Of a stretch of DNA of 64,000 nucleotides, positions 18,497-27,305 are shown one piece after another. The number at the start of each line of letters is the position of its first letter. Position 1 is the first letter of the stretch. The translations under genes were made by a program, and so were the position numbers. The notes beneath the pieces were generated by a model, which searched no databases, had not been told where the DNA came from, and was given only the letters and a program-made list of their open reading frames with translations. This DNA is from Eubacteriales bacterium (lineage in GTDB: Bacteria > Bacillota > Clostridia > Oscillospirales > RGIG577), in NCBI GenBank assembly GCA_050943735.1, contig JBMNPT010000008.1:15531-79530 (forward strand), read 5' to 3'.

Positions 18497-19543
18497 ATGA
18501 AAAAAGCACTGGTTTCCACCCTGGCGGCTCTGTTGGCTCTCTCCATGACAGCCTGCGGCGGCGACACTTCCACCGACACCTCCACTTCTACCTCTACTTC
18601 TACCTCTACTTCTGACGGTGGCGGTTCTACCAACAGCGAAGTGAAGCTGACACTGGCCAGCCATCTGGCTCCCGAAGCTTCTCAGCCTCTGGCCATGACA
18701 CAGCTGGCTGATGAAATCAACAACGCTGGCGTGGGCTTCTCCGCTGCCACTTCCTTCTCCGCACAGCTGGGCGGCCAGCGTGAGCTGATCGAAGGTGTAA
18801 ACCTGGGCACCATCGAAATCGCCTTTGGCGAATCGGGTCTGTACTCCAACTACTACGCTCCCTTCGGCGCCATGGTACTGCCCTTCCAGTATGAAAATAC
18901 CGAACACTTCTACAACGTAATGGACGGCGAAGTGGGTCAGCAGCTGGCCGACGGTCTGGAAGCCAACAGCAACCTGAAGATTCTGTGCTGGTACGACGGC
19001 AGCCCTCGTGACATTTACTCCTCCAAGGAGCTGACTGGCATCGAAAGCCTCAAGGGCCTGAAGATCCGGACTCCCGAATCCCCCGTATATGTGAGTACCT
19101 TTGAAGCGCTGGGCGCGAACCCCACTCCCATCGCTGCCAACGAGATGTATTTCTCCATCCAGTCTGATGTAGTATCCGCCATGGAAGGCTCCAGCGAAAC
19201 CGCCTATACCTATAAGATCCAGGAAGTTGCCAAGTACTGCCTGGAGAGCGGACATATCTGGACCGACGGTTCTCTGGTAATCAACAAAGCTCTGTGGGCT
19301 TCTATGAGTGAAGAGCAGCAGAAGGTGCTGCAGACCGCTGCTGACAACAGTGAGACCTTCCAGCGCGAAACTGCCACCACCAAGGCCGATGAATACAAGC
19401 AAATGCTGGCCGATGAAGGTATGCAGTTTATCGAATGCGATAAGGAAGCTGCCAAGGCCATGTGCGAATCGGTATACACCGATTTCATCGGAGGCGACTC
19501 TGAGATTCAGGCCATTGTAGACGCTATCGCAGCCGCCAAGTAA
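18497..19543 (+). CDS. TRAP transporter substrate-binding lipoprotein (DctP)
   Basis: Lipobox MTAC, Ser/Thr linker, QLGGQRELIE, LKGLKIRTP, GANPTPI...E.Y motifs. Confidence 0.92.
   Translation: MKKALVSTLAALLALSMTACGGDTSTDTSTSTSTSTSTSDGGGSTNSEVKLTLASHLAPEASQPLAMTQLADEINNAGVGFSAATSFSAQLGGQRELIEGVNLGTIEIAFGESGLYSNYYAPFGAMVLPFQYENTEHFYNVMDGEVGQQLADGLEANSNLKILCWYDGSPRDIYSSKELTGIESLKGLKIRTPESPVYVSTFEALGANPTPIAANEMYFSIQSDVVSAMEGSSETAYTYKIQEVAKYCLESGHIWTDGSLVINKALWASMSEEQQKVLQTAADNSETFQRETATTKADEYKQMLADEGMQFIECDKEAAKAMCESVYTDFIGGDSEIQAIVDAIAAAK
18566..18613 (+). repeat. short tandem repeat encoding a (TS)n linker
   Basis: ACTTCTACCTCT units in the DctP linker. Confidence 0.6.
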
Positions 19544-19608
19544 TCTGATTTGTATACCGCGGCAGGCCCATATGGCCTGCCGCGATTTCCCGAAAGGAGT
19601 GAAACTCT

Positions 19609-20103
19609 ATGGAAAAACTGCTGCGAAAGTTCATCTATCATGCTTCGGCGTTGGTATTTGCAGCAGTGGTGGTAATTGCCTTTATCCAGGTAATCTGCCG
19701 CTACGTCTTCAACAACTCCCTCACCTGGTCAGAAGAACTAATGCGTTACATGTTCATCTGGATGTTCTTTGTGGCCATGGCGGAAAGCACCCGTACCGGC
19801 GCTCATTTGGGGCTGGACATCGTGCCTGATATCTGCAAAAAGAATCCCACCGCCAACCTTATTCTGCAAACCGTTATTGATGTGCTGTGCATTTCCTTCC
19901 TGGTTTTCCTGGTGTACTTCGGATTCGAAATCTCCGGAGTCAATATGGGACAGAAATCAGCCGCTTTGCTCATTCCTCTGGGCTATATTTACGCGGCTCT
20001 GCCGGTGGGCGCCATCCTGATGATTTTCTATCAGGTGCGCAACATCATCATTCGTTTCCGTGACTATGCCAAGCTGAAGAAAGGAGGCGCTTCCGAATCA
20101 TGA
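19609..20103 (+). CDS. TRAP small permease (DctQ)
   Basis: QVICRYVFNNSLTWSEEL, GAHLGLD; 4 TM. Confidence 0.92.
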   Translation: MEKLLRKFIYHASALVFAAVVVIAFIQVICRYVFNNSLTWSEELMRYMFIWMFFVAMAESTRTGAHLGLDIVPDICKKNPTANLILQTVIDVLCISFLVFLVYFGFEISGVNMGQKSAALLIPLGYIYAALPVGAILMIFYQVRNIIIRFRDYAKLKKGGASES

Positions 20104-21386
20104 TTGCCGTACTGTTTATTTCCTTCCTGGTGCTGTTGATTCTGGGTGTGCCCATCGCTTTCTGCACCGCTATTTCTTCTCTGTTATCTCTGCTGGTTGG
20201 CATGCCCAATGCCATCATCACCATCCCCGCCAAAATGTTCGGTGGTTTGGATTCCTTCTCTCTGATGGCCATTCCGCTGTTCATCCTCTCCGGCAATCTG
20301 ATGGAAGTGGGCGGCGTATCCCGCCGTCTGGTAAACTTCGCTCAGTTGCTGGTGGGCTGGATTAAGGGTGGTCTGGGCATGGTGGCCGTTGTGGCCAGCA
20401 TGATCTTCGCCAGCATTTCCGGTTCCGCTGCCGCTACCACCAGCGCCATCGGCGCCATGATGGTTCCCTCCATGGTAGACGCGGGCTATCAAAAGGAATG
20501 GAGTGCCTGCTGTGTAGCCGCAGGCGGCGTGGTAGGTCCCATCATTCCTCCTTCTGTGTTGGTGATCCTGTACTGCGCAGCCACTGGTCTGTCTGTAGGC
20601 GCCATGTTCATCGCCGGTGCCATTCCTGGAATCCTCATGGGTCTGTTTATGATGGTCATCTGCTATCGCTATGGAGCCAAGCATCCTGAAACCGGCCAAT
20701 ATGCCCGGGAAGCCATCACCACAAAATATGTAATCAATACAATTGTTGGTGCCATCCCGGCCATGGTGATGCCTCTTATCATCATCGGCGGCATTCTCTC
20801 CGGCGCGTTCACTCCCACCGAAGCTGCCGCAGTTGCCTGCGTATACTCTGTTCTGGTAGGTCTTTTCCTCTATCGCGGCATGAATCTCCAGCAGCTCTGG
20901 GACATTCTGGCCAACTCGGCCTTCACCAGTGCCAAACTGATGTTCATTGTATCCTCCGCCAACCTGTTTGGCTGGATTATGAGTAAGGAACAGTTCCCCC
21001 AGACAGTGGCCAACACCCTCACCAGTATGACCGACAGCAACACCGTTATCATGATTCTCATCATTCTGGTGCTGATGTTTGTAGGCTGCTTTATGGAAAC
21101 CACTGCCGCACTGGTCATTCTGACCCCTGTGCTCTATCCCATTGGACAGCAATTTGGGTTTGATCCCATCCATTTCGGCATTGTCATCATCGTAATGCTG
21201 GTCATTGGCGCCATCACTCCTCCTGTGGGCGTGCTGGTATACATCGGCGCTTCCATCGCCAAGACCTCCTTTACCAAATGTATTCCCTATCTATTCCCCT
21301 TCTTTGCGGCACTGATGCTGGCCGGTCTGCTGACCGCTTTCTGGCCGCCTCTCACCACCTGGTTGCCTGCCGCCATGGGATTCTAA
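20100..21386 (+). CDS. TRAP large permease (DctM)
   Basis: AIPLFIL.G, SGSA.A, IIPPS, FTPTEA, ITPPVG. Confidence 0.94.
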   Translation: MIAVLFISFLVLLILGVPIAFCTAISSLLSLLVGMPNAIITIPAKMFGGLDSFSLMAIPLFILSGNLMEVGGVSRRLVNFAQLLVGWIKGGLGMVAVVASMIFASISGSAAATTSAIGAMMVPSMVDAGYQKEWSACCVAAGGVVGPIIPPSVLVILYCAATGLSVGAMFIAGAIPGILMGLFMMVICYRYGAKHPETGQYAREAITTKYVINTIVGAIPAMVMPLIIIGGILSGAFTPTEAAAVACVYSVLVGLFLYRGMNLQQLWDILANSAFTSAKLMFIVSSANLFGWIMSKEQFPQTVANTLTSMTDSNTVIMILIILVLMFVGCFMETTAALVILTPVLYPIGQQFGFDPIHFGIVIIVMLVIGAITPPVGVLVYIGASIAKTSFTKCIPYLFPFFAALMLAGLLTAFWPPLTTWLPAAMGF

Positions 21387-21408
21387 GCTGACAAAAGGAG
21401 TGAACGAT

Positions 21409-22581
21409 ATGTATTTTACAAAAGAACAGATTCTCGCCGCCGACCTGCCCCGCCTCAAGGAAATGGCTTTGGCTACGCTGGAAAGCGACGAAAACAAACA
21501 GCTTTTGAACAACAACAACCGTGTAAAGCTGAAATTTGGCATTGGGCGTCCACTGTACGCCAATGCGCTGGGCTTTAAGACCATGGATTATTTCACCGAT
21601 CCGGAAGTTTCCGTAACCGCCCAGCTGCGCTGGAAACTGGTGGTATTCCATCTGCTGCGGGATGACACCCCCTTTGACCTGGACATCGGCATTGACTACG
21701 CCAGTGCTCTGGAGCCCAATATGCTGGGTGTGGAGATGATCGAAGGCGAAGGCAAAGAGCCAAGCTACGGTCATCCCATCATCCACGAATACGATGATCT
21801 CAAGAAAATCCCCATGCCCGATTTTTACAAGTCCGGCAAGATGCCTCATGTACATCGCATGTATGAGGCGTTCCAGGAAATTCTCGGAGAACCCTTCCGG
21901 GTATTCATGCCCGGCTGGGCCCGGGGCCCTTGGAGCATCGCCAACATGCTGCGTGGCTTCACTGAATGCTTCATGGACAGCTATGACAATCCGGAATTTC
22001 TCCACGATTTGATGCAGTTTGCGGTAGATGCCCGCATTTCTTTTGAAAAACAGCGGTGCAAGTTCCTGGGGATTGATCCCACCGACCACAGCTACACCTG
22101 GAAATATTGCGTATACCGCATCAACCACAGCAGTGACTGCTTCGAAGACGAAGTGGATGGCGCCCTTTTTGGCGTACCTTTCTATCGGGAATTTGTACTT
22201 CCCTATGAAAAACAGCTTTCTCAATTCTACAATGGATTGGATTATTACCACAGCTGCGGCACCATGACTCCTTTCCTGGATGACATCGGCAAGGAGCTCA
22301 ACGTAATTGGAATGCAGCACGTAAGCGCCTGGACCAGTCTTTCCAAGGCAGCGGAAGCCCACAAGGAAAACGTTCTGCTCCAGTATTCTCTCAATGCGCT
22401 GGATGACGTATTTGGCTCCACGCCCCAACAGATGGAAGACCGGGTACGCAAGCTCATCGAAGAGTCAGGCAACCATCCGCTGGATGTGTGTGCTGACGCC
22501 ATTTACAACGGCAGCTGGCCTCAGCTGGAACAGGTTATGGTGTTCCGGGATGCCTTCCGCCGGGTCAATGGACAGTTGTAA
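21409..22581 (+). CDS. uroporphyrinogen decarboxylase / MtaA-CmuA fold protein
   Basis: PDF...G.MP, RGPWSIA.MLRG...F..D.YDNPE, FYREFVLPYEK, YHSCG (HxC Zn motif). Confidence 0.75.
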   Translation: MYFTKEQILAADLPRLKEMALATLESDENKQLLNNNNRVKLKFGIGRPLYANALGFKTMDYFTDPEVSVTAQLRWKLVVFHLLRDDTPFDLDIGIDYASALEPNMLGVEMIEGEGKEPSYGHPIIHEYDDLKKIPMPDFYKSGKMPHVHRMYEAFQEILGEPFRVFMPGWARGPWSIANMLRGFTECFMDSYDNPEFLHDLMQFAVDARISFEKQRCKFLGIDPTDHSYTWKYCVYRINHSSDCFEDEVDGALFGVPFYREFVLPYEKQLSQFYNGLDYYHSCGTMTPFLDDIGKELNVIGMQHVSAWTSLSKAAEAHKENVLLQYSLNALDDVFGSTPQQMEDRVRKLIEESGNHPLDVCADAIYNGSWPQLEQVMVFRDAFRRVNGQL

Positions 22582-22614
22582 TTTTCACATTTTCCTCCTA
22601 CACAATATCAGCAG

Positions 22615-22648
22615 AAAAGCCGGTCCATAGGACCGGCTTTTCTTTTTT
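22615..22648. terminator. bidirectional terminator
   Basis: AAAAGCCGGTCC-ATA-GGACCGGCTTTT. Confidence 0.88.
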
Positions 22649-22693
22649 ATGTGTATTGCTCTTTAACGTTAAAGCCTCGGCTCTTTGGATGAG

Positions 22694-23722
22694 TCATTCT
22701 TTCTCTTTCATGGAAGACGCTCTCAGTTCCAGCCGGTTGCCCAAAATCACCTGCCGCGGCAGCATAGAAGGATCTTTCATCCGCTCCAGCAGCAATTGTG
22801 TACCCACCTGGCCAATCTCCTCATAGGGCTGATGCACAGTGGTCAGCGGCACACTGAGATGTTCCGCCGATTCCACATCATCATAGCCCACCACCCGCAC
22901 TGCGTCGGGTACTCCAATATGTGCCTCCCGTAGGGCCTTGAGTGCGCCAATGGCAATCATATCACAGGCGCATACCACCGCATCCACCTGAGTACCCTGT
23001 TCCAACTCCTGACGCATGGCCTCATAGCCCGCCTGAATGTTGGGCTCTGTAATATGAAACTTTTGGTCCCGAGGCTCGATTCCATGCTCCTTCAACGCCC
23101 GGGCATACCCCATCATACGCTCTGTTCCTGAAGTGATGACCGCAGGCAAAGCCAGAAACAAAAAGGTCCGGCATCCCTGCTCCAGCAGATGACACATCAT
23201 CCGGTGGGCGCCGCCCACATTGTCATTGAGACAGGCATCGGTGAGATTGTACTCATCCCGCCGCAGCAAAAATACCAGTGGGATGCCAAACTCCTGAATC
23301 CGTCTGATCTCCTGCACACCCATACTCACTGGCGCAATGATCAACAGCCCATCCACCCGGCGGTTGAGCAAGTTGTTGATGGCCTGTTGTTCCCGATCAT
23401 ATCGCTCATCGGTACTGGCAATCAATGTGGTATAGCCCGCTGCTTCGGCTGTCTGTTCAATGCCCCTCCAGACCTTGCCGAACACAGTGGCTGATGTGTT
23501 GGAATTGACCACTCCCAAAGTATGAGTCTGATCTTTTTGCAGACTGCGTGCCACATTGTTGGGCACATAATTCAGTTCTCTGGCCACCCGGCAAATTTTT
23601 TCCCTTGTTTCCGCCGAAAGCCCCGGCTTACCATTGAGAGCCAGAGAAACCGCCATATTGGACACCCCCGCCTGTTTGGCAATGTCCTTAATCGTAGCGC
23701 GTTTTTCCTTTCCCTGCACCAT
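22694..23722 (-). CDS. LacI-family regulator
   Basis: TIKDIAKQAGVSNMAVSLAL HTH; VVGYDD...PLTTVHQP. Confidence 0.93.
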   Translation of the reverse strand: MVQGKEKRATIKDIAKQAGVSNMAVSLALNGKPGLSAETREKICRVARELNYVPNNVARSLQKDQTHTLGVVNSNTSATVFGKVWRGIEQTAEAAGYTTLIASTDERYDREQQAINNLLNRRVDGLLIIAPVSMGVQEIRRIQEFGIPLVFLLRRDEYNLTDACLNDNVGGAHRMMCHLLEQGCRTFLFLALPAVITSGTERMMGYARALKEHGIEPRDQKFHITEPNIQAGYEAMRQELEQGTQVDAVVCACDMIAIGALKALREAHIGVPDAVRVVGYDDVESAEHLSVPLTTVHQPYEEIGQVGTQLLLERMKDPSMLPRQVILGNRLELRASSMKEKE

Positions 23723-23877
23723 TTTGGGATTCCCTCCTGCTTTCTTTCCCTTTCTTACTTATCACAATACAGGAAATTGCATGATTTTGCAAGGTCTTCT
23801 GTCAATCCACAGTATTTTCCTGTGGAGTACTTATCAAGTTGTACAAAAATTTCCGGGCCATTTGTTTTGCTTCTCCC

Positions 23878-23936
23878 TTGACGATGGTTTTTTTTGCTGT
23901 TACTATAAACATGTAGAGATCATTTTAACGTTAAAG
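23878..23936 (+). promoter_or_regulatory. transaldolase promoter and LacI-type operator
   Basis: TTGACG-N17-TACTAT; TTTAACGTTAAA palindrome at 23924-23935. Confidence 0.7.
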
Positions 23937-23962
23937 TTAACAAGAGAAATGAGGTTTTGAAC

Positions 23963-24991
23963 ATGTCTAAGAATTATCTGCAGTGGATGAGCCAGGAAAC
24001 CCCCACCATTTGGTGGCATGATTCGGCGGTACAGGCCAATATGGACGCAGCCATGAAAAATGGCGCCACCGGTATGACCACCAATCCCTTTTTGATGGCC
24101 TCTTCCCTGTATGCCGACCCGGCCAGCTGGGCGGATGTACTCAAGGATCTGCCTGAGCTCACCGGCGATGCCAAGGCACTGGAACTGGAACGCCGTCTGG
24201 GCAGCTATTATGCCAACATGCTGGCGCCCATCTACGAAAAAGGCAGACTGGGTGAAGGCGGTGTGTGCGCACAGGTAACTCCGGCCAAAACAGGCAACGC
24301 GGAGCTGATGACCCAGCAGGTACATACCATCGCCACCTTTGCACCCAACATTTTCATCAAAATTCCCGCTACCAAGGCAGGTCTGGTGGCTTTTGAAGAG
24401 GGTATCGCCTCCGGCTACAACATGGTTTCTACTGTGAGCTTCTCGGTTCCCCAGATGGTCGCCGCTGCGGAAGCACAGATCCGCGGTGAAAAGCGGGCAG
24501 TGGCAGCCGGCAAAAAGCCCGGTGTAGGTGTAGCGGTATTGATGGTAGGCCGTCTGGACGACTACCTCCGGGACGTGGCTGCGGACAACCAGCTGAACAT
24601 TCCCGAAAGCGACATCATCCAGGCAGGATTGGCCTGCATGAAGAAGGCCTATGGCATCTTCATGGAAAGAGGATACAAGACCCTGCTCATGCCCGCCGCT
24701 GGCCGGGGTATCTATCACGTGACCGAATTGGCAGGCGCCAAAAACATGGTGATGTCGGTGGCTCCCTCCATTGAAAAAATGCTGCTGGAAGCCAATCCCG
24801 CCCAGGAAATGCGCATCGATGTGCCCATCGCCCAGGATGTCATTGACCGGCTGTCCACCATGGCGGAATTCCGCAAGGCCTTCAACGAAGATGGTATGGC
24901 TCCCGAAGAGTTCATCACCTTTGGCCCCACCAACCGCACCGCCACCCAGTTTGTGGAAAGCGGCTGGAACAAGCTGATTCAATTCAAATGA
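23963..24991 (+). CDS. transaldolase-family protein
   Basis: WWHDS, GMTTNP, CAQV, IKIPAT (Schiff-base Lys), STVSFSVPQ, MVGRLDD. Confidence 0.88.
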   Translation: MSKNYLQWMSQETPTIWWHDSAVQANMDAAMKNGATGMTTNPFLMASSLYADPASWADVLKDLPELTGDAKALELERRLGSYYANMLAPIYEKGRLGEGGVCAQVTPAKTGNAELMTQQVHTIATFAPNIFIKIPATKAGLVAFEEGIASGYNMVSTVSFSVPQMVAAAEAQIRGEKRAVAAGKKPGVGVAVLMVGRLDDYLRDVAADNQLNIPESDIIQAGLACMKKAYGIFMERGYKTLLMPAAGRGIYHVTELAGAKNMVMSVAPSIEKMLLEANPAQEMRIDVPIAQDVIDRLSTMAEFRKAFNEDGMAPEEFITFGPTNRTATQFVESGWNKLIQFK

Positions 24992-25022
24992 TTTGGGGGT
25001 TTGATTCTCCCTTCAACAAACC

Positions 25023-25055
25023 AAAAGGACAGACTCATAAGAGTCTGTCCTTTTT
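25023..25055. terminator. bidirectional terminator
   Basis: AAAAGGACAGACTC-ATAA-GAGTCTGTCCTTTT. Confidence 0.88.
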
Positions 25056-25060
25056 GCATT

Positions 25061-25783
25061 TCACTTGCGTTTTTCACCATTGAGCCGATGGGCCTGAGAG
25101 ATGGTCACATCCAAATGTTCCTCCATCAGCTTGCCCGCCCGCTCCGGGTCGCGGTTGCGGATGGCCTCAATGATTTGCGGATGGTACACAAAGGTGTATT
25201 TGGGCCCCACAATGTCCTGAATCAACACCTGATTGACCACCAACGCGTCTTTCACAATGGAATACACCCGATTGAGCACGCTGTTGCGGGCACACCGCGC
25301 AATGGTTTCATGAAAATACATGTCATCCCTGGCAAATTTCTTCTTGTCATAGGGCTGGTTTTCCTGCACTTCCCGACGCATGCGGTCCTCCAGCTCCTGC
25401 AATTCCTGAATTTCTTCGGGTGTGGCGCGCTGCGCCGCTAGTTTCACCGTCTCAATTTCAATGATTTTACGAAACTCCAGAATCTCCTGCAGCTCAAAAT
25501 TCCCCCACATCAGAGAGGGCAGCAGAGAATTAAAATAGATGTTGGAAGCGGATTCATTGCTGACAAAGGTGCCCTCTCCCTGCCGGGACTCCAACAGCCC
25601 CAGTGCACTCAGCTTTTGCAGAGCCGCCCGCACCGAATTACGGCTCACCTGAAACATGGCTGCCAGTTCATTTTCCGACAGAATTTTTTCTCCGCACTTC
25701 CACTCTCCCGCGGAAATCATAGACAGCATCTGGTCGAAAATCTGATCGCTGACACTGGCTTTTTTGATGGATTTGATGGGCAT
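25061..25783 (-). CDS. GntR/FadR-family regulator
   Basis: SENELA.MF.VSRNSVR.AL wHTH; FCD domain D..FH..IA. Confidence 0.92.
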   Translation of the reverse strand: MPIKSIKKASVSDQIFDQMLSMISAGEWKCGEKILSENELAAMFQVSRNSVRAALQKLSALGLLESRQGEGTFVSNESASNIYFNSLLPSLMWGNFELQEILEFRKIIEIETVKLAAQRATPEEIQELQELEDRMRREVQENQPYDKKKFARDDMYFHETIARCARNSVLNRVYSIVKDALVVNQVLIQDIVGPKYTFVYHPQIIEAIRNRDPERAGKLMEEHLDVTISQAHRLNGEKRK

Positions 25784-26017
25784 ACCGTTCCAACTCCTCT
25801 GCATCCTTTCCCAAGGACCAGTCAAAATTCCTTTGTTGTAGTACAATTCTACCTATACTTGTATCATAGGCCATTCCCTGCCAAAATGCAATCCCTTCTT
25901 TTCCGTCATTCTCACTGGATTTCACTTATAACAAACAACAAAATAAACAAACCCATCTGATAATCTGCATAAAAAAGAGCTGCCCATTTGGGCAGCCTTA
26001 CGATAGCCATTGCTAAC

Positions 26018-26320
26018 TCAATTGCAAAAACACGCGCCGTTTTCCCTGTGCCGGCGCAAAATATCCTGCAGCGCACAGGCGCTGCTGCTATGACTGCGCG
26101 CCACCGCTGCGGCACTCCTTCCCGCCTCCTGCAGAGCACTGCCCACCATTTTGTGAGAAACCGTACTGGTAAAGAGTACCAGCAAATCGGGACAGCCGAT
26201 CTGTTTTTTGAAATTGGCGGGCATTTTGGTAAACACTTTGGCTTTGTACCCATAGGTCTTGCAGATTTGCCGGTATCGGCCCTCCATACACTCATTGCCT
26301 CCGATGATGACTACGCTCAT
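26018..26320 (-). CDS. DUF2325-family protein
   Basis: MSVVIIGGNECM...Y, PDLLVLFTSTVSHKM, HSSS; GGAGG SD. Confidence 0.85.
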   Translation of the reverse strand: MSVVIIGGNECMEGRYRQICKTYGYKAKVFTKMPANFKKQIGCPDLLVLFTSTVSHKMVGSALQEAGRSAAAVARSHSSSACALQDILRRHRENGACFCN

Positions 26321-26347
26321 AGAAACCTCCTTTGTGCCACCGATTTC

Positions 26348-26401
26348 ACTTTGGTTAGCGTTTGCTAACCAAAGTATAACATAGCCGCTGCTGTTTGTCA
26401 A
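26348..26401 (-). promoter_or_regulatory. sigmaA promoter with DtxR-like palindromic operator
   Basis: TTGACA-N17-TATACT; 12-bp inverted repeat ACTTTGGTTAGC-N4-GCTAACCAAAGT overlapping -10/+1. Confidence 0.75.
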
Positions 26402-26428
26402 CCACAGGTCAAATAAAAGCCATTCTCC

Positions 26429-26806
26429 TCACTCTCGGGGAGAATGGCCGGCAATGTGATCCTTCAGACACTGAAAAGTCTGTGGACTGATGTCATGCTC
26501 CATACGGCAGGCGTCCTCCGCCGCCACTTGAGGGTCCACTCCCAACCGGATCAGCCATTGAGTCAGCAGCTGATGCCGTTCAAAAATGGTTTGGGCAATG
26601 GCCTGGCCACTCTCAGTGAGTTCCAGCCACCCTTCCTCATCCATGGTAATGTGGCCATTTTCCCGCAGCAAACTCATAGCCCGGCTCACACTGGGCTTGG
26701 AAAAATTCATATGCCGGGCCACATCGATGGAACGGACCTTGCCCTTTTCACCTTTTATCATCAGGATGGCCTCCAGATAATTTTCCGCCGATTCCTGGAT
26801 CTTCAT
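26429..26806 (-). CDS. DtxR/MntR-family metal-dependent repressor
   Basis: ESAENYLEAI, RSIDVA...FSKPSVS, ERH..L, DACRMEH. Confidence 0.92.
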   Translation of the reverse strand: MKIQESAENYLEAILMIKGEKGKVRSIDVARHMNFSKPSVSRAMSLLRENGHITMDEEGWLELTESGQAIAQTIFERHQLLTQWLIRLGVDPQVAAEDACRMEHDISPQTFQCLKDHIAGHSPRE

Positions 26807-26983
26807 GTGAATCACTCATTTCCGCAAAAGATATTTTTAATATTATAACACAAACGGGGGAAAAAGTGATATATTTTATATGAACAGACTCCACCGGAAT
26901 GGTAACTGAATCACTGAGCGGGGGACGGGCTGTATGGTACAGTAAACTCATAAAAAATCACTTGACCAGAAAGGCGGATTTTG

Positions 26984-27304
26984 ATGAGTTTCTTGAATTT
27001 ATTTTCCCGCGGTTCTTCTCTGAAAGCGGGTTTGCAGCAAGCACAATCCACCCCCGGCGCCATCCTGCTGGATGTGCGTACCCCCGAGGAATATGAGCAG
27101 GGTCACTTGCCCGGCAGTCTCAATCTTCCTCTGGCTGAGATTCACACCATTTCCCTTCCCACCGAACAGCCCCTGTTTGTCTACTGCCTCAGCGGAGGCC
27201 GGAGCGCACAGGCCTGTTCTCATCTCAGAAAACGCGGATATACCGCAACCAACATAGGCGGTCTGATGGGATATCAGGGACCGCTGCAACAAGGAGGAAA
27301 CTGA
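26984..27304 (+). CDS. single-domain rhodanese
   Basis: LLDVRTPEEY..GHLPGS; active loop YCLSGGRS. Confidence 0.9.
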   Translation: MSFLNLFSRGSSLKAGLQQAQSTPGAILLDVRTPEEYEQGHLPGSLNLPLAEIHTISLPTEQPLFVYCLSGGRSAQACSHLRKRGYTATNIGGLMGYQGPLQQGGN

Positions 27305-27305
27305 C

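Noticed and set aside
18566-18613. Phase-variable repeat in dctP
   Set aside because: Units are multiples of 3 nt and encode an ordinary Ser/Thr lipoprotein linker
15182-25950. Sugar locus as a horizontally acquired island (looks lower in GC than the Mo/Se genes)
   Set aside because: Impression only, not computed; no integrase, transposase or flanking direct repeats found
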